IMG/VR virus record: IMGVR_UViG_3300036827_000193
Coordinates: 1 to 64,000 of that record
Length of the DNA stretch: 64,000 nucleotides
Strand: one strand, 5' to 3'
DNA from: a virus
Shown: piece after piece, positions 53,707 through 63,368 of the stretch
Layout of the letters: the number at the start of each line of letters is the position of its first letter
Numbering within the stretch: position 1 is the first letter of the stretch
Program-made: the position numbers and the translations under genes
The notes under the pieces: model-generated
Databases searched by the model: none
Seen by the model: only the letters and a program-made list of their open reading frames with translations
What the model was told of the DNA's origin: nothing

Positions 53707-56246
53707 GCGGCGCGCGGTCCCTGCTGCGGCAGCCGCACACCGGAGATGCGCCCGGTCTTGGGATCCCGCGTGAAGTCGAGCTTGCCGTCCGTGAGCAACT
53801 GCATCAGCGCCTCATGCGGAGCCGGTGCGGGAGGAGCGGCCGGCGCAGCAGCGGGAGGCGAGGACGCGGAGGGCGGACCGCTTGGACCCGTGCCGGAAGG
53901 CGCACCCTGCGGGGACGCAGGCGCGGCATCTTCCATCTCCGCGCCCTCGCCAGCTTGTGCCGTGGTATCGTTGGCGAGATCGCGGCGGTGCTTGGCGATG
54001 GCGAGGCCATGCCGGTGGCCGTGCTCGAGCGCGGCGAGGTGGGTCTGGTTGGTGCGATGGCCGTGGTCGAACCCGGTGCGCTTGGCCTCGACCTGGTGGC
54101 CGAGCATGCGGTCGATGATGTCGGCCTCGAGCTCGCGCTTGCCGAGCGCGACCTTGGCGAGCGCGGCCATGCCAGTGAAGTAGGCGGCTTCGCCGGTGCG
54201 GTTGTCCTTGGCGATCTTGGCCTGCAATTCCTGCGTCTTGAGGTCGGCCATCGGGTTGGCGCGGGGTTGCCCGTTGTCCTTGAAGAAGCGCGCGCCGCCG
54301 TCCTTGTAGCCGGCCGCGCCGAACACCTCCTCGATCACCGCCTCGCTGTTGATTTCTTTCTGCCCGGACTGGAACTCGGGCGCCTGCGCCAATAGCGGCG
54401 CGACGATCTGCGCAGCGGCCTGGAACTTGGCCAGCCGCTGCTGCGGGTCGCCGGCGCCGAGGCCGGCGCTGACGCGAATGGTGATCTGCTGCTCCAGCAA
54501 GTCGTCGTCGATCTTGCTGATGCCGTGCTTCTCGAACAACTGCGCGCGCTGGCCGCACAGGCCGAGCACGACCGGGTCGCTCTCGTAGTATTGCTCGCAG
54601 CGCACGATCTGCGCCAGCGCCGGCTCGACCCAGGTCTCGATCCAGACCCGGATATCGAATTCCTGCACCGCATTGGCAGCGCCGGCGGCGAGTTTGAGGC
54701 CGCCCAGCGTCTTGCCGAGCGCGTTGTTGTTCTCGACATTGCCGTAGTTCTGCTGGCCGGCGAGGTCGTCGAATTCGAGATCGAGCTCGCGGCCCATCAG
54801 GATCGGCCCCTGGCCCAACTGCGGCGGTGTCTCCCACACCACGTCGTCCTTGTCGTCGACGAAGATCGAGGAGCCGGACGAGCGGCGCTTGACCTGGTCC
54901 ATGTCGATGCGCCGGCCGCGCTTGACCTTCGAGATCGGCATGACGTTTTGCTTGACGGCGTCGAGCGTGAGATTGCGCAGGTCGTTGGTTTCGACCTGCA
55001 GCGGCTGCCAGGATTCCACCGCCGACATCGGAAAGATGCGGTGCGATTCGAGGTTGCCGTAGCCCAGCACCAAAGGGCGCTCGCCGTACTGCTCGGGATA
55101 GACCTCGCGCGTCGGCTTGGGATCAGTGAGGTAATACTTGTCGCCGACCGACCAGAACGTCCAGTCCTCGCCCGCCACCCGCATGAAGGTCTCGTACACC
55201 CACACGATCTGGAATTCGGTGCCGGTCTGGGTCTCGTCGAGCCGGTCGAGCCCCATCTCGCGGGCGCGGCGGATCGCCTCCATGTCCTGCTTGCCGAGGT
55301 TTGCGGCCTGGCGCAGCGCCTGCTCGGAGACCTGCTTCCACGGATTGACCGGGGCGTCCTGCTTGCCGAGGATTTCCTCGACCGTCATCGGGTATTTGAG
55401 GATGACGAAGGCGGCATTCTGCGCCGGGTTGAGCCAGTTGGCGGCTGAATCGATGACGAAGTTTTCCGGCGGGAACAGCACCATGTCGGGGCGGTCGACG
55501 TCGAGCGTGTAGACCTCGCGCACGCCCTTGACGAGAGCGCCGTTGCCGTCGTCGACATCGGCGTCTTCCTCGCCGGTCTTGCGATGCTCCTGCTTCCAGC
55601 ACTGCTTGGAGAGGCAGATGCCGGTGAGCAGCGTGTCTTCGCGCGCGCCCATCGAGATCAGGAACCAGGGCAGCGACGCCTTGCCGCTGGTGCGGTCGGT
55701 GCGGTAGTTGACCAGTTCCTCCATCACACCGGCGGCGGCGCGCTGTTTCGGATCGGCCTCGTTGCCGGGCAGGCAATTGATGGCGTCGACGTTGTTGAAC
55801 AGGCTTGCGGCAACGGCAGCGAGATCCTTGCGCACCGCGGCGCGCGTCTTGGGCACGAACAGCCGCGAGCGGCCGCGCCATTCGGGCCGGGTGTACTTGG
55901 ACCCGACGTAGTGCTCGTTGTGAAAGGCGCGCAGCGACTGCGACCAGGCGCGGCGGTTGACCTGCGCCATGTAGAGCTGCGACTGCTGCTCGGCCTCGCG
56001 CACCAGGCGCAGGAATTCGATTCCCGGACCGGGCTGGCCGTCGTCAACGCCTTCGGGATTGGCGGCCTCGTAGGCCGCGGTGTTCTCCAGCTCCGGACCA
56101 CTCTGGCCACCACCTTGGCCGCCAGCTTCGCGCGCGCGCTCGATCGCATCCTCGCCCGGGGGCTGGCCCGGGCCGGTGAACGAGATCGGCCGCGCCCGGG
56201 TGTTGGCGAGATCGTCCTCGCCGGGCGGATAAGTGCGGAGCGCCAT
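53703..56246 (-). CDS. Portal protein (P22-like)
   Basis: 847 aa; RSRLFVPKTR, PLQ.E.NDLRN..LD, helical organisation, disordered tail. Confidence 0.82.
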   Translation of the reverse strand: MALRTYPPGEDDLANTRARPISFTGPGQPPGEDAIERAREAGGQGGGQSGPELENTAAYEAANPEGVDDGQPGPGIEFLRLVREAEQQSQLYMAQVNRRAWSQSLRAFHNEHYVGSKYTRPEWRGRSRLFVPKTRAAVRKDLAAVAASLFNNVDAINCLPGNEADPKQRAAAGVMEELVNYRTDRTSGKASLPWFLISMGAREDTLLTGICLSKQCWKQEHRKTGEEDADVDDGNGALVKGVREVYTLDVDRPDMVLFPPENFVIDSAANWLNPAQNAAFVILKYPMTVEEILGKQDAPVNPWKQVSEQALRQAANLGKQDMEAIRRAREMGLDRLDETQTGTEFQIVWVYETFMRVAGEDWTFWSVGDKYYLTDPKPTREVYPEQYGERPLVLGYGNLESHRIFPMSAVESWQPLQVETNDLRNLTLDAVKQNVMPISKVKRGRRIDMDQVKRRSSGSSIFVDDKDDVVWETPPQLGQGPILMGRELDLEFDDLAGQQNYGNVENNNALGKTLGGLKLAAGAANAVQEFDIRVWIETWVEPALAQIVRCEQYYESDPVVLGLCGQRAQLFEKHGISKIDDDLLEQQITIRVSAGLGAGDPQQRLAKFQAAAQIVAPLLAQAPEFQSGQKEINSEAVIEEVFGAAGYKDGGARFFKDNGQPRANPMADLKTQELQAKIAKDNRTGEAAYFTGMAALAKVALGKRELEADIIDRMLGHQVEAKRTGFDHGHRTNQTHLAALEHGHRHGLAIAKHRRDLANDTTAQAGEGAEMEDAAPASPQGAPSGTGPSGPPSASSPPAAAPAAPPAPAPHEALMQLLTDGKLDFTRDPKTGRISGVRLPQQGPRAA

Positions 56247-56251
56247 CGGAT

Positions 56252-56563
56252 TTACGTCGTAATCACTGCCGAAATCTTGTCGCCGGGCTTGACCAGGAAG
56301 TATTCGGTCTGCCCGGCCGTCATGCGCTGGTGCGAGGTGGTGGCGACCGGCGCCTTGGCGATGATGACGCAGCAGATCGAGTCGGTGTGCACGCGAACGA
56401 GCCGCGTGTTGGTGCCGAACGCCGCCGATTCAGCGTGCCCGCCGCTGTAGTCGATCGGCGCCTGCAGGATCGCGTCATCGGAGAAGAACGCCAGCGGCGG
56501 AAACATGCCGCCCATGGCGTTCTGCGGCGCCTCGAACTCGGTGACGTAGAGCTTGGATGTCAT
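56252..56563 (-). CDS. Small putative virion protein
   Basis: LYVTEF...SAAF..NTRLVRVHTD...EYF.V.PGDKISAVI. Confidence 0.7.
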   Translation of the reverse strand: MTSKLYVTEFEAPQNAMGGMFPPLAFFSDDAILQAPIDYSGGHAESAAFGTNTRLVRVHTDSICCVIIAKAPVATTSHQRMTAGQTEYFLVKPGDKISAVITT

Positions 56564-56566
56564 GGT

Positions 56567-56836
56567 TCAGTCCTCAGCGCATGCGGCGCTCAGTGGCGAA
56601 GGCCACCGATCAAGCAAGTAGGTCATGACGTGGTTGGCAATGTCGTTTGGGACGCCGATGGCAAGCATCGTGTCGAAGACCGGCCGTACGCGGCGCAGGT
56701 CGGCCTCGATGCTGGCGTGGCAGGCATCGCAGACCGTGACCGCGGTTACCTCACCGTCGCATTGCAGATCGAGCGGAGCGCCCGGACCGCCGCACGCACC
56801 GCAGCGATGCAGCGGCACGACGTTGGCTGCATTCAC
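56567..56836 (-). CDS. Small Zn-ribbon hypothetical protein
   Basis: CGAC...CDAC; coupled. Confidence 0.55.
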   Translation of the reverse strand: MNAANVVPLHRCGACGGPGAPLDLQCDGEVTAVTVCDACHASIEADLRRVRPVFDTMLAIGVPNDIANHVMTYLLDRWPSPLSAACAED

Positions 56837-57303
56837 TCCGGCACCTTGCGCGAGGGCAGGACCAGCGCCGAGTGCTTGGCGCGCGCATCGAGGAAGGATT
56901 CGAGATTGAAGCGGCCGCGCGAGACGCCGTAGCGTTCCAGCAACTGGCCACCGGCGCGGCGCAAGAGGCCGTCGCTCAATTCATCGGTGGTCAGGTTGAT
57001 CGCCCAGAACTTGTTGATGCCCATCAGGATCGGCACCGAGACGTAGGCCATCTTCTGCGCGCCGTCGTAGATGCAGCGCCATGGGATGCCCGGGTAGGTT
57101 TGCGTCAGGACCTCGTGCATCCACGTCGCGTTGGCGATGTCCATGCGCTCGAACGGATCGTCGAGCACTTCGCCGTTCGGCCCGGCCGGCGCGTCGTGCT
57201 TGGTCAGCACGACCATGTCGTGGCCGCCGTGGCTGACTTTTGGGATCACGTCCTGGCGGAGTGTGATGGCGTCGTGCGGCATGGCGGGTGTCCACAAATG
57301 CAA
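56833..57303 (-). CDS. Phage hypothetical protein
   Basis: L..TYPG.PW ... RAGGQLLERYGVSRG. Confidence 0.65.
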   Translation of the reverse strand: MHLWTPAMPHDAITLRQDVIPKVSHGGHDMVVLTKHDAPAGPNGEVLDDPFERMDIANATWMHEVLTQTYPGIPWRCIYDGAQKMAYVSVPILMGINKFWAINLTTDELSDGLLRRAGGQLLERYGVSRGRFNLESFLDARAKHSALVLPSRKVPE

Positions 57304-57324
57304 AAGGCCGCCCGGTGGGGCGGC
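57296..57324 (-). terminator. Hairpin nearly identical to 45092..45122
   Basis: GCCGCCC-CACC-GGGCGGC then CTTTTGCATTT on the - strand. Confidence 0.55.
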
Positions 57325-57354
57325 TCGCGGCAGCGGATGGAGGTTGGGAGGCGT

Positions 57355-58269
57355 CTAGAAGGGCGGCGAACGCATGCAGAGCGCGAATGCCGCGATGCGA
57401 TTGGCAATCTTGAGCGCGGCCGGCTCGTCGGTCTCCAGCGTGATCTTCTGCGCCAGCATGATGTCGCCGATCGCCGGCGCATCGACCGGCTGCAGGCAGA
57501 TGCGATCAACAACGTCGCCCTGCTGGTCCAAACATTCGACGTTGTAACTGCGCCCGGTTGTGATCCGATAGCGTCCGCCGGCGGAGCCTGTCACCGCGAA
57601 GCTCTTGGTTGCCTTGTACTGTTTGCGCTGTGCCGGCGAGAGCCAGCCGGTGAGCAAGGCGAGCGATCTGGCGTGGGCCTTGCGGTCGGCCTCGGAATTG
57701 ACCGGCACGCTCAAATACAAATAGCCGCCGGTGGCAGGGGTCGTCCAGAATTGTAGGTCGCGCCGGTCGATCGAAAGGGTGTTGTTGTCTGGTTGAACGG
57801 TCACGCTGGGGTCGGTGTCGACGGCCAGCATCGGCGTCGCCACCCCGTACATCACGGCGTCGTTGACGCGGCGATTGACCTCGCGCTGCACCTCGTGGCG
57901 CGCTCTAAGGTCCTCGAACAGGCCGACATAGTCGCGATCGGCAACACGCTGCCAGTCGATGTCCTGGCGAAGCTCGTGCCTCGTCACGATCCAGTGCTGG
58001 TCGCGATCATCGAAAAAATGCGCGGTGAATTCGACGGCGTCGTGGATGAGACGATCACGCCACCGCACCGAGCGGATATGCGGCAATGGACGATCGCCGT
58101 AGGAATACAGAACGTGGCGAAACGCACGCTCAGCGGCGCGAAGCACAACGTCCTGGCCCCGCCGTCGCGGACGCGGCACCAGACGGCGCCAGCCGGTCAC
58201 CTCATCGATTGTCGATCGAGCATCGTCGACGGTGGTAAAATAATCGCTCGACCACCATTGAGCCGCCAA
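57355..58269 (-). CDS. Hypothetical protein with a compact C-terminal Cys-containing domain
   Basis: ALL..WLS..Q...F.VTGS.GGRYRI...ICLQP.....GDIMLAQK..LETDE; start uncertain. Confidence 0.65.
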   Translation of the reverse strand: MAAQWWSSDYFTTVDDARSTIDEVTGWRRLVPRPRRRGQDVVLRAAERAFRHVLYSYGDRPLPHIRSVRWRDRLIHDAVEFTAHFFDDRDQHWIVTRHELRQDIDWQRVADRDYVGLFEDLRARHEVQREVNRRVNDAVMYGVATPMLAVDTDPSVTVQPDNNTLSIDRRDLQFWTTPATGGYLYLSVPVNSEADRKAHARSLALLTGWLSPAQRKQYKATKSFAVTGSAGGRYRITTGRSYNVECLDQQGDVVDRICLQPVDAPAIGDIMLAQKITLETDEPAALKIANRIAAFALCMRSPPF

Positions 58270-58272
58270 GTC

Positions 58273-58500
58273 TCACCCGCCCTGCATCTGCGGCCGGAAC
58301 AGGGTCTCGTCCTTGGTGTCCTTGAACGAGCGCGCCAGCGTGTAGTCGCTCTCGCCGGCGTTGCGCGTCACCGCGATGTGCTTGTCCTCGCCGACCAGTT
58401 TCTCGAACCGCGCCATCGCCTCCGTGACCTGCGCGTCGTTTTTCGGATCGAACGCGACGGTGCTGTGGCCGCTGTGGTCCATGATGATGTGCGTTGCCAT
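58273..58500 (-). CDS. 75-aa protein ending in Gly-Gly (ubiquitin-like candidate)
   Basis: GAGGGAG RBS; ends TLFRPQMQGG*. Confidence 0.7.
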   Translation of the reverse strand: MATHIIMDHSGHSTVAFDPKNDAQVTEAMARFEKLVGEDKHIAVTRNAGESDYTLARSFKDTKDETLFRPQMQGG

Positions 58501-58725
58501 ATGGGGCTCCCTCATGAATGAGACGCGCACGGCATAGCCTGATTTGGTTAAGATCAACAAGAGTCAGGCGGCCTTGCCCACGCGTTTGGGCCGCAGCATA
58601 CCCAGATGCCGCCCCGCCACCGTCATGATGGCAATCCAGTGCTCGCGCTCGATCGGCGCGCCGGCGCGCACGATCGCCGACACCGAAGTCGTGCGCATGG
58701 CAATGGCGCGGTAGAACGCGAGCAT

Positions 58726-58959
58726 TCAGATCCCCGTCAGGCCGTCCGGATAGCGCCACGTTCCCGATACCGTGCCGGTCGGGTCGAACGAAACATTCTG
58801 CTGGTCGGCGGTGGCGCCGCCCGGGGCAAACGTGGTGAGCCGCACCAGCCCGCTTGCCGCCGCGACCGCAATCACGATGGCCGGATAGGTGTTGGTCGCG
58901 GTCTCGGTGTAGATGACCGACTGGCACATCTGCGGGCCGGCAGCCTGGTTCTCGGCCAT
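58726..58959 (-). CDS. Small hypothetical protein
   Basis: PAIV....GLVRLTTF.PGG...GTWRYP. Confidence 0.65.
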   Translation of the reverse strand: MAENQAAGPQMCQSVIYTETATNTYPAIVIAVAAASGLVRLTTFAPGGATADQQNVSFDPTGTVSGTWRYPDGLTGI

Positions 58960-58970
58960 GCTCGAAACTT

Positions 58971-59990
58971 TCAGGCCGCGCGGCGATGCTTCTGCCGCGC
59001 GATCCAGTTGAAGGTGCGCTCAAGCCCGACATCGAACGGCGTCGAGGCCTTCCAGCCGAGATGCTTCTCGGCAAGGTCGGTCGTCATGTGCAGGGTCTGC
59101 TTGCCGATCGGGCCGGGCACGTTCTTGATGGTGAGCCGCTTGTTGGACAGCGCAATCGCCTTCTCGGCGATATCGTTGCAGGTCGTGAGCTCCTGCGTCG
59201 CGATGTTGACCGGGCCACTGAAATCGTTCGACCGCACCAGCGCCGTCATCGCCTCCAGCAGATCGTCGATGTAGACCAGCGGCCGGATCTGGTTGCCGTC
59301 GCCCCAGACCTCGACCTCGCCGCCGTTTGGTGCATCGAGCACCTTGCGGCAGATCGCGGCCACTGCCTTTTCGCGGCCGTCGTCGAACGCGGAGCCCGGG
59401 CCATAGATGGTCGAGAAGCGGGTGACACAGACGTTGAGGCCGTGGTTGCGTTTGTACGCGGCGTACAATTGCTCGCTGAACAGTTTCTCCCAGCCATAGG
59501 CGTTGCTGGGGTTGGCCGGATAGGCGTCTTCCTCGCAAATGGGGACCGTCCAAAGGTCGAAGCCAATTTTAACGGTCGCCCTAGCCCGGTAGGCATTAGA
59601 CCCCATCTCGTCGTCGTAGACGCACGACGATGAGGTGTAGAGCAGCCGGCCGCAGCCGATCCGGCTGAAGGCTTCGGCGACGCGGGCGTTGATCAGCACG
59701 TTGTCGCGGATCACCTCGGCGTCGTGATGCCCGGTGAAGATGTAGCCGGCGCCGCCCATGTTGCAGGCGAGCTGGTAGACCTCGTCGAACGGTTGCCCGT
59801 TCGGCGCCGTCATCCGCATCACGTCATCGAGCCAGCGCAGGTCGAGCCCCGCAAAGTAGTCGGCGGCACTCGGCTCGAACGGCGGCCTCCTGATGTCTGC
59901 GGCCGCGACCCAGTAGCCCTCTTCCTTGAGCCGCCTTGTCAGCGCCATGCCGATGAAGCCGGCGCCGCCGAGCACCAGGGCGGTTTTCAT
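58971..59990 (-). CDS. NAD-dependent nucleotide-sugar epimerase (GDP-mannose 3,5-epimerase-like)
   Basis: GGAGFIG, YQLACNMGGAGYI, SSSCVY, YGWEK, GREKA, EVWGDG. Confidence 0.9.
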   Translation of the reverse strand: MKTALVLGGAGFIGMALTRRLKEEGYWVAAADIRRPPFEPSAADYFAGLDLRWLDDVMRMTAPNGQPFDEVYQLACNMGGAGYIFTGHHDAEVIRDNVLINARVAEAFSRIGCGRLLYTSSSCVYDDEMGSNAYRARATVKIGFDLWTVPICEEDAYPANPSNAYGWEKLFSEQLYAAYKRNHGLNVCVTRFSTIYGPGSAFDDGREKAVAAICRKVLDAPNGGEVEVWGDGNQIRPLVYIDDLLEAMTALVRSNDFSGPVNIATQELTTCNDIAEKAIALSNKRLTIKNVPGPIGKQTLHMTTDLAEKHLGWKASTPFDVGLERTFNWIARQKHRRAA

Positions 59991-60736
59991 TTCCGTGTTG
60001 CCCCGTTGATCGCCTGCAGGAAGGCCTGCGGTGTGTTCGGTATGATGTTGAGGAGTTTCATCTGCTCGTCCCAATCGGACTGAAACGGCATATGCGCGGC
60101 GCTGTACATTACGCCCAGCGGTGATCGAAAATTCCCGACAATGCCAAGCCCGGTCGGTGGGCAGGCGACGGTGAAGGCGACGAGGTCGGTCCGCTCGACG
60201 ATGGCTGCCATCAGGCGCCAGACATCGCCGGTATGGAACGAGGACTGCGGCAACGGCGTCGCGGTGCGCTCATCCATCGGGATGACGTCATGGATGGCGA
60301 TGATCGAGGAAGGCTTCGCCAGCCGTTCGAGGCTCTCAAAGTCGCGCAGCGCATGGTCGAAGCTGTGATCGCCGTCGATGAAGGCAAGGTCGAAGCCCGC
60401 GACAAGCTGGCTGTTATGCGGGTTGGCGAAGAAGGCGTCGCTGGTCGAGACGGAAAAGGCCGTGTTCGGCTTGCCCTTTTCAACGAGCGCCTGGCTCGGC
60501 GCCGGATCGATCGCGATGCACCGGGTATTGGCGTGCGCAAGCTCAAGGCTTTTGCCCTCGCGCACGCCGATCTCGACGTAAAGCTTCGGCCACAGCGTCA
60601 TGTGCAGCGCGCGCAGCACCTGGAGATAGTTCGGCCCGGGCAGCTTGAGATAGGCCAGCGCCTCGTAGCCGAGGTGATCGTGGATCGGCGCCGTCGCCAG
60701 CGTGTGGGCGATGCGCTCGCAGAGTTCACGCTGCAT
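59987..60736 (-). CDS. Class I SAM methyltransferase (Methyltransf_24-like)
   Basis: YVEIGVREGKS, IDP, DLAFIDGDH, IAIHD, GDVWR. Confidence 0.88.
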   Translation of the reverse strand: MQRELCERIAHTLATAPIHDHLGYEALAYLKLPGPNYLQVLRALHMTLWPKLYVEIGVREGKSLELAHANTRCIAIDPAPSQALVEKGKPNTAFSVSTSDAFFANPHNSQLVAGFDLAFIDGDHSFDHALRDFESLERLAKPSSIIAIHDVIPMDERTATPLPQSSFHTGDVWRLMAAIVERTDLVAFTVACPPTGLGIVGNFRSPLGVMYSAAHMPFQSDWDEQMKLLNIIPNTPQAFLQAINGATRK

Positions 60737-61012
60737 TCAATCCCACCGGTTTGTGAACGTCACTGGAGTGCGCAGCGGAATGAATTGCTTGACCATTTCC
60801 GCGTGCTTGAGGCCGTGCCAGACGTCGCCTAGTGCCGGGCCTCCGGTTCCTTCCAGGAACATGATGTTGTAATGCGCCGCCACCCCGAGACAGGCATCGC
60901 GCGCCACGATCACAAGCGGCCCGCTGACGATGTTGTACTGCCGCGCGAGGAACGGTGTGTCCGGCAGCGGCGAGGCGACATCGGTAGGCTCGTTGTGGAT
61001 ATCGATCTTCAT
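60737..61012 (-). CDS. Hypothetical protein
   Basis: Coupled 91-aa ORF. Confidence 0.5.
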   Translation of the reverse strand: MKIDIHNEPTDVASPLPDTPFLARQYNIVSGPLVIVARDACLGVAAHYNIMFLEGTGGPALGDVWHGLKHAEMVKQFIPLRTPVTFTNRWD

Positions 61013-62361
61013 ACCGCCACCATGATGTCGCGTGGCTTGCCGGTGTACTCCTTGCGCCCGGCGTGGATCAGCGCGGCGTCCGGATCGATCCAGATTTCAC
61101 CGCCGATGTCGCGCCAGCGCTGGCAGAACGAGTAGTCCTCCGAGAGCCGCTCGCGGTCCATGCCGTCGCCTGAATAGATCACGTCGAGAAACAGCGCCCA
61201 CTCCGGCGGCTTGTCCTTGGTGTTGTAGCGGAGCTCGGGGTAGCCCTCGATCATCTTGTCGATGACGGCGCGCTTCATCATCACGAAGGCCATGCCGACG
61301 TGGCGCGCGCCGAGGAATTTTGTCACCGGGTGCAGTTGCGGCGGCCCGGGCAGCGCGTTGAAGCACAACGCCAGCTCCTCGACCTTCTTGACGCCGGCGG
61401 CGGCGCAGAACTCGTGATCGGCGCAGACCAGCCGCGAGACGAGGCTCGCGTCCCAGCCCATGTCGTCGTCGATCCAGAGGAAATGCGTGCATTCCGGCTT
61501 GGCGTAGTACGCCATCCACAAGGCGCGCTCGCGGCCCTTGCCGATGTGCGAGCCGCCGGCGGTCTCGAACACCGAGACGTTGATGCCCTTCTGCTGGCAG
61601 TGTTTCATGGTCTCATGAAACGAGTGATGGAACGCCCAGTCGACCACCATGTCCTGCATCGGCACGCAGATGCCGATTCGCACCTTTGAGAAGTCGGTTG
61701 CGGTGATGGTGAGCCCGAGCAGGCTTGCGACGCGGTCGCATTGCGCGCGGCGCTCGTCGCTGTTGAGCCATTCGCGGTAGAGCGCGCGGTCGGCGTCGAT
61801 GTCGGCGGAGCCGCGCCGGTAGGTTTCGTCCTTCTCGGCCTTGCCGAACAGGTGGTGATGGTGCTCGACGATGACGTCCTCGAGCGGGCGGTAGACGCCG
61901 AAGTCCTGGGCAAAGCGCGCCCAGGTATCGTCGCAGAAGTTGTGCCGCATCCGGCCTGGCGCCAGCGTGCCGATCGCGCGCGCCAGCGCCCCGCCCATGA
62001 CGCGGCAGGTGTAGGGCGAGGGGAAGTTCTCGCGGTTGTTGGCGACCGCAACGCCGGTGCCGCCGGCCGCCGCGATCATGGTGTCGTACCAGCCGGGTGT
62101 CACCGGCCAGTAGTCGTCGTCGATGATGCCGTAATAGGTGCGATCGGGGTACTGGTCGAACGCGAACCGGATCGCCTCGCAGAACCGCGACCCCGTCGGT
62201 GCCGTCAGCAGCCGCCACGGCGGCCCGATCTTGGCGAGATAGTCCTGGTAACAGGGGTCGTCGGCGTTGACGATCACCGTCACGTTTCCGGGCATACCGC
62301 CCGGGGCATCGAGAAGCTTGCGCGGGGCGTCCGGCCGCCCATAGCTTGGCATCAGCCACAT
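61009..62361 (-). CDS. Two-domain glycosyltransferase (tandem GT-A/GT2-like)
   Basis: Domain 1 PSYGRP, IIDDD, FCDD, VEHHH; domain 2 HFLWIDDDMGW, GMAFVMMKR, LSEDYSFCQRW..IGGEIW.D. Confidence 0.85.
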   Translation of the reverse strand: MWLMPSYGRPDAPRKLLDAPGGMPGNVTVIVNADDPCYQDYLAKIGPPWRLLTAPTGSRFCEAIRFAFDQYPDRTYYGIIDDDYWPVTPGWYDTMIAAAGGTGVAVANNRENFPSPYTCRVMGGALARAIGTLAPGRMRHNFCDDTWARFAQDFGVYRPLEDVIVEHHHHLFGKAEKDETYRRGSADIDADRALYREWLNSDERRAQCDRVASLLGLTITATDFSKVRIGICVPMQDMVVDWAFHHSFHETMKHCQQKGINVSVFETAGGSHIGKGRERALWMAYYAKPECTHFLWIDDDMGWDASLVSRLVCADHEFCAAAGVKKVEELALCFNALPGPPQLHPVTKFLGARHVGMAFVMMKRAVIDKMIEGYPELRYNTKDKPPEWALFLDVIYSGDGMDRERLSEDYSFCQRWRDIGGEIWIDPDAALIHAGRKEYTGKPRDIMVAV

Positions 62362-62402
62362 GGGCGCCGGACTAGGCCCGTTTGGTTGATTCCCGGTTAC
62401 CG

Positions 62403-63041
62403 TTAGCGGAAATATTCGACCGTAAAGCCGTCCAGGAACACGTTGGACTGGGCCGCGGAGGCATCCGCGCAGGTCACCGAGATGGCGATCGTGCCGGTGT
62501 CGACCGAGGTATCGGTCTGGAATTTCTGCGTGACGATGCCACCCGAGGCAACGCCGGAGAAGAAGTTGGTCTGGGCATTGGCCGCGGTCTTGAGCGTGGT
62601 GCAGGTGAGCTCCCAGGCATAGCCGCTGCCGGTCTGGGTGCCGGTGGTGACGGCGGCACCGCCGACATTGAGCGCGACCGTCTTCGGCGCGGCATTGCCG
62701 GCGACGTGGCCCCAGGCGGTGATATTGAGCTCGCGGCCGGCGGCATCGAGCGTGTTGGCCGGCAGGGTGTAGCTGGTGAGCGTCTGCGTGGTGTTGGTCG
62801 CGCTCGATCCGACCTCGGTCGAGACCACCGTCAGGTTGCCGGCGGCCTTGTAGGTGCCGGTGCCGGTGCCGGCGGGAAACGAGACGCCGGAGCCGCTATA
62901 GAGATCGGTGAACATCGCGTTGAGCTTGGCGACGGCGGTGTCCCAGGTGTCGCCCTGGTCGGAGCCGACGCCCTGGTTGGGTCCGCCGAGCGGCTGGGTC
63001 GAATTCGAGTTGATGGTCTGCTGGGCCACGGTAGCCTCCAA
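62403..63041 (-). CDS. Thr/Ser/Gly-rich putative virion protein
   Basis: GD....A..KLNAMFTDLY N-terminal motif seen in phage fibre/structural proteins. Confidence 0.7.
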   Translation of the reverse strand: MEATVAQQTINSNSTQPLGGPNQGVGSDQGDTWDTAVAKLNAMFTDLYSGSGVSFPAGTGTGTYKAAGNLTVVSTEVGSSATNTTQTLTSYTLPANTLDAAGRELNITAWGHVAGNAAPKTVALNVGGAAVTTGTQTGSGYAWELTCTTLKTAANAQTNFFSGVASGGIVTQKFQTDTSVDTGTIAISVTCADASAAQSNVFLDGFTVEYFR

Positions 63042-63113
63042 AACAAAAAGGCCGCCGAGCGGCGGCCGGGGATCACGAGGCCTGTGGCCTCTTGAGCGGA
63101 GACGGCGCGACGG

Positions 63114-63368
63114 TCAGATGCCGTTCGCCTCGTCATAGGAGCGCAGGATGTCGTGCGCGAAGTCGTAGGCATCCTCGGGATCAAGCGCGAAGGCGCTCGA
63201 AGGTGCGCCGGGCTTGGCGACCTCGATGCAGATCGTGCGGAACGCGCCGCACTCGACATGCCATTCGATCAGCGTGGCGCGCACCGATTGCGGAAACCGC
63301 TGCGCGCGGCTGTGCCGCATGCTGGCGCGCCCGCTGCGGCGGCGCCTGGCGCGAGCTTTTATGCCCAT
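63114..63368 (-). CDS. Small hypothetical protein
   Basis: Coupled ORF. Confidence 0.45.
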   Translation of the reverse strand: MGIKARARRRRSGRASMRHSRAQRFPQSVRATLIEWHVECGAFRTICIEVAKPGAPSSAFALDPEDAYDFAHDILRSYDEANGI

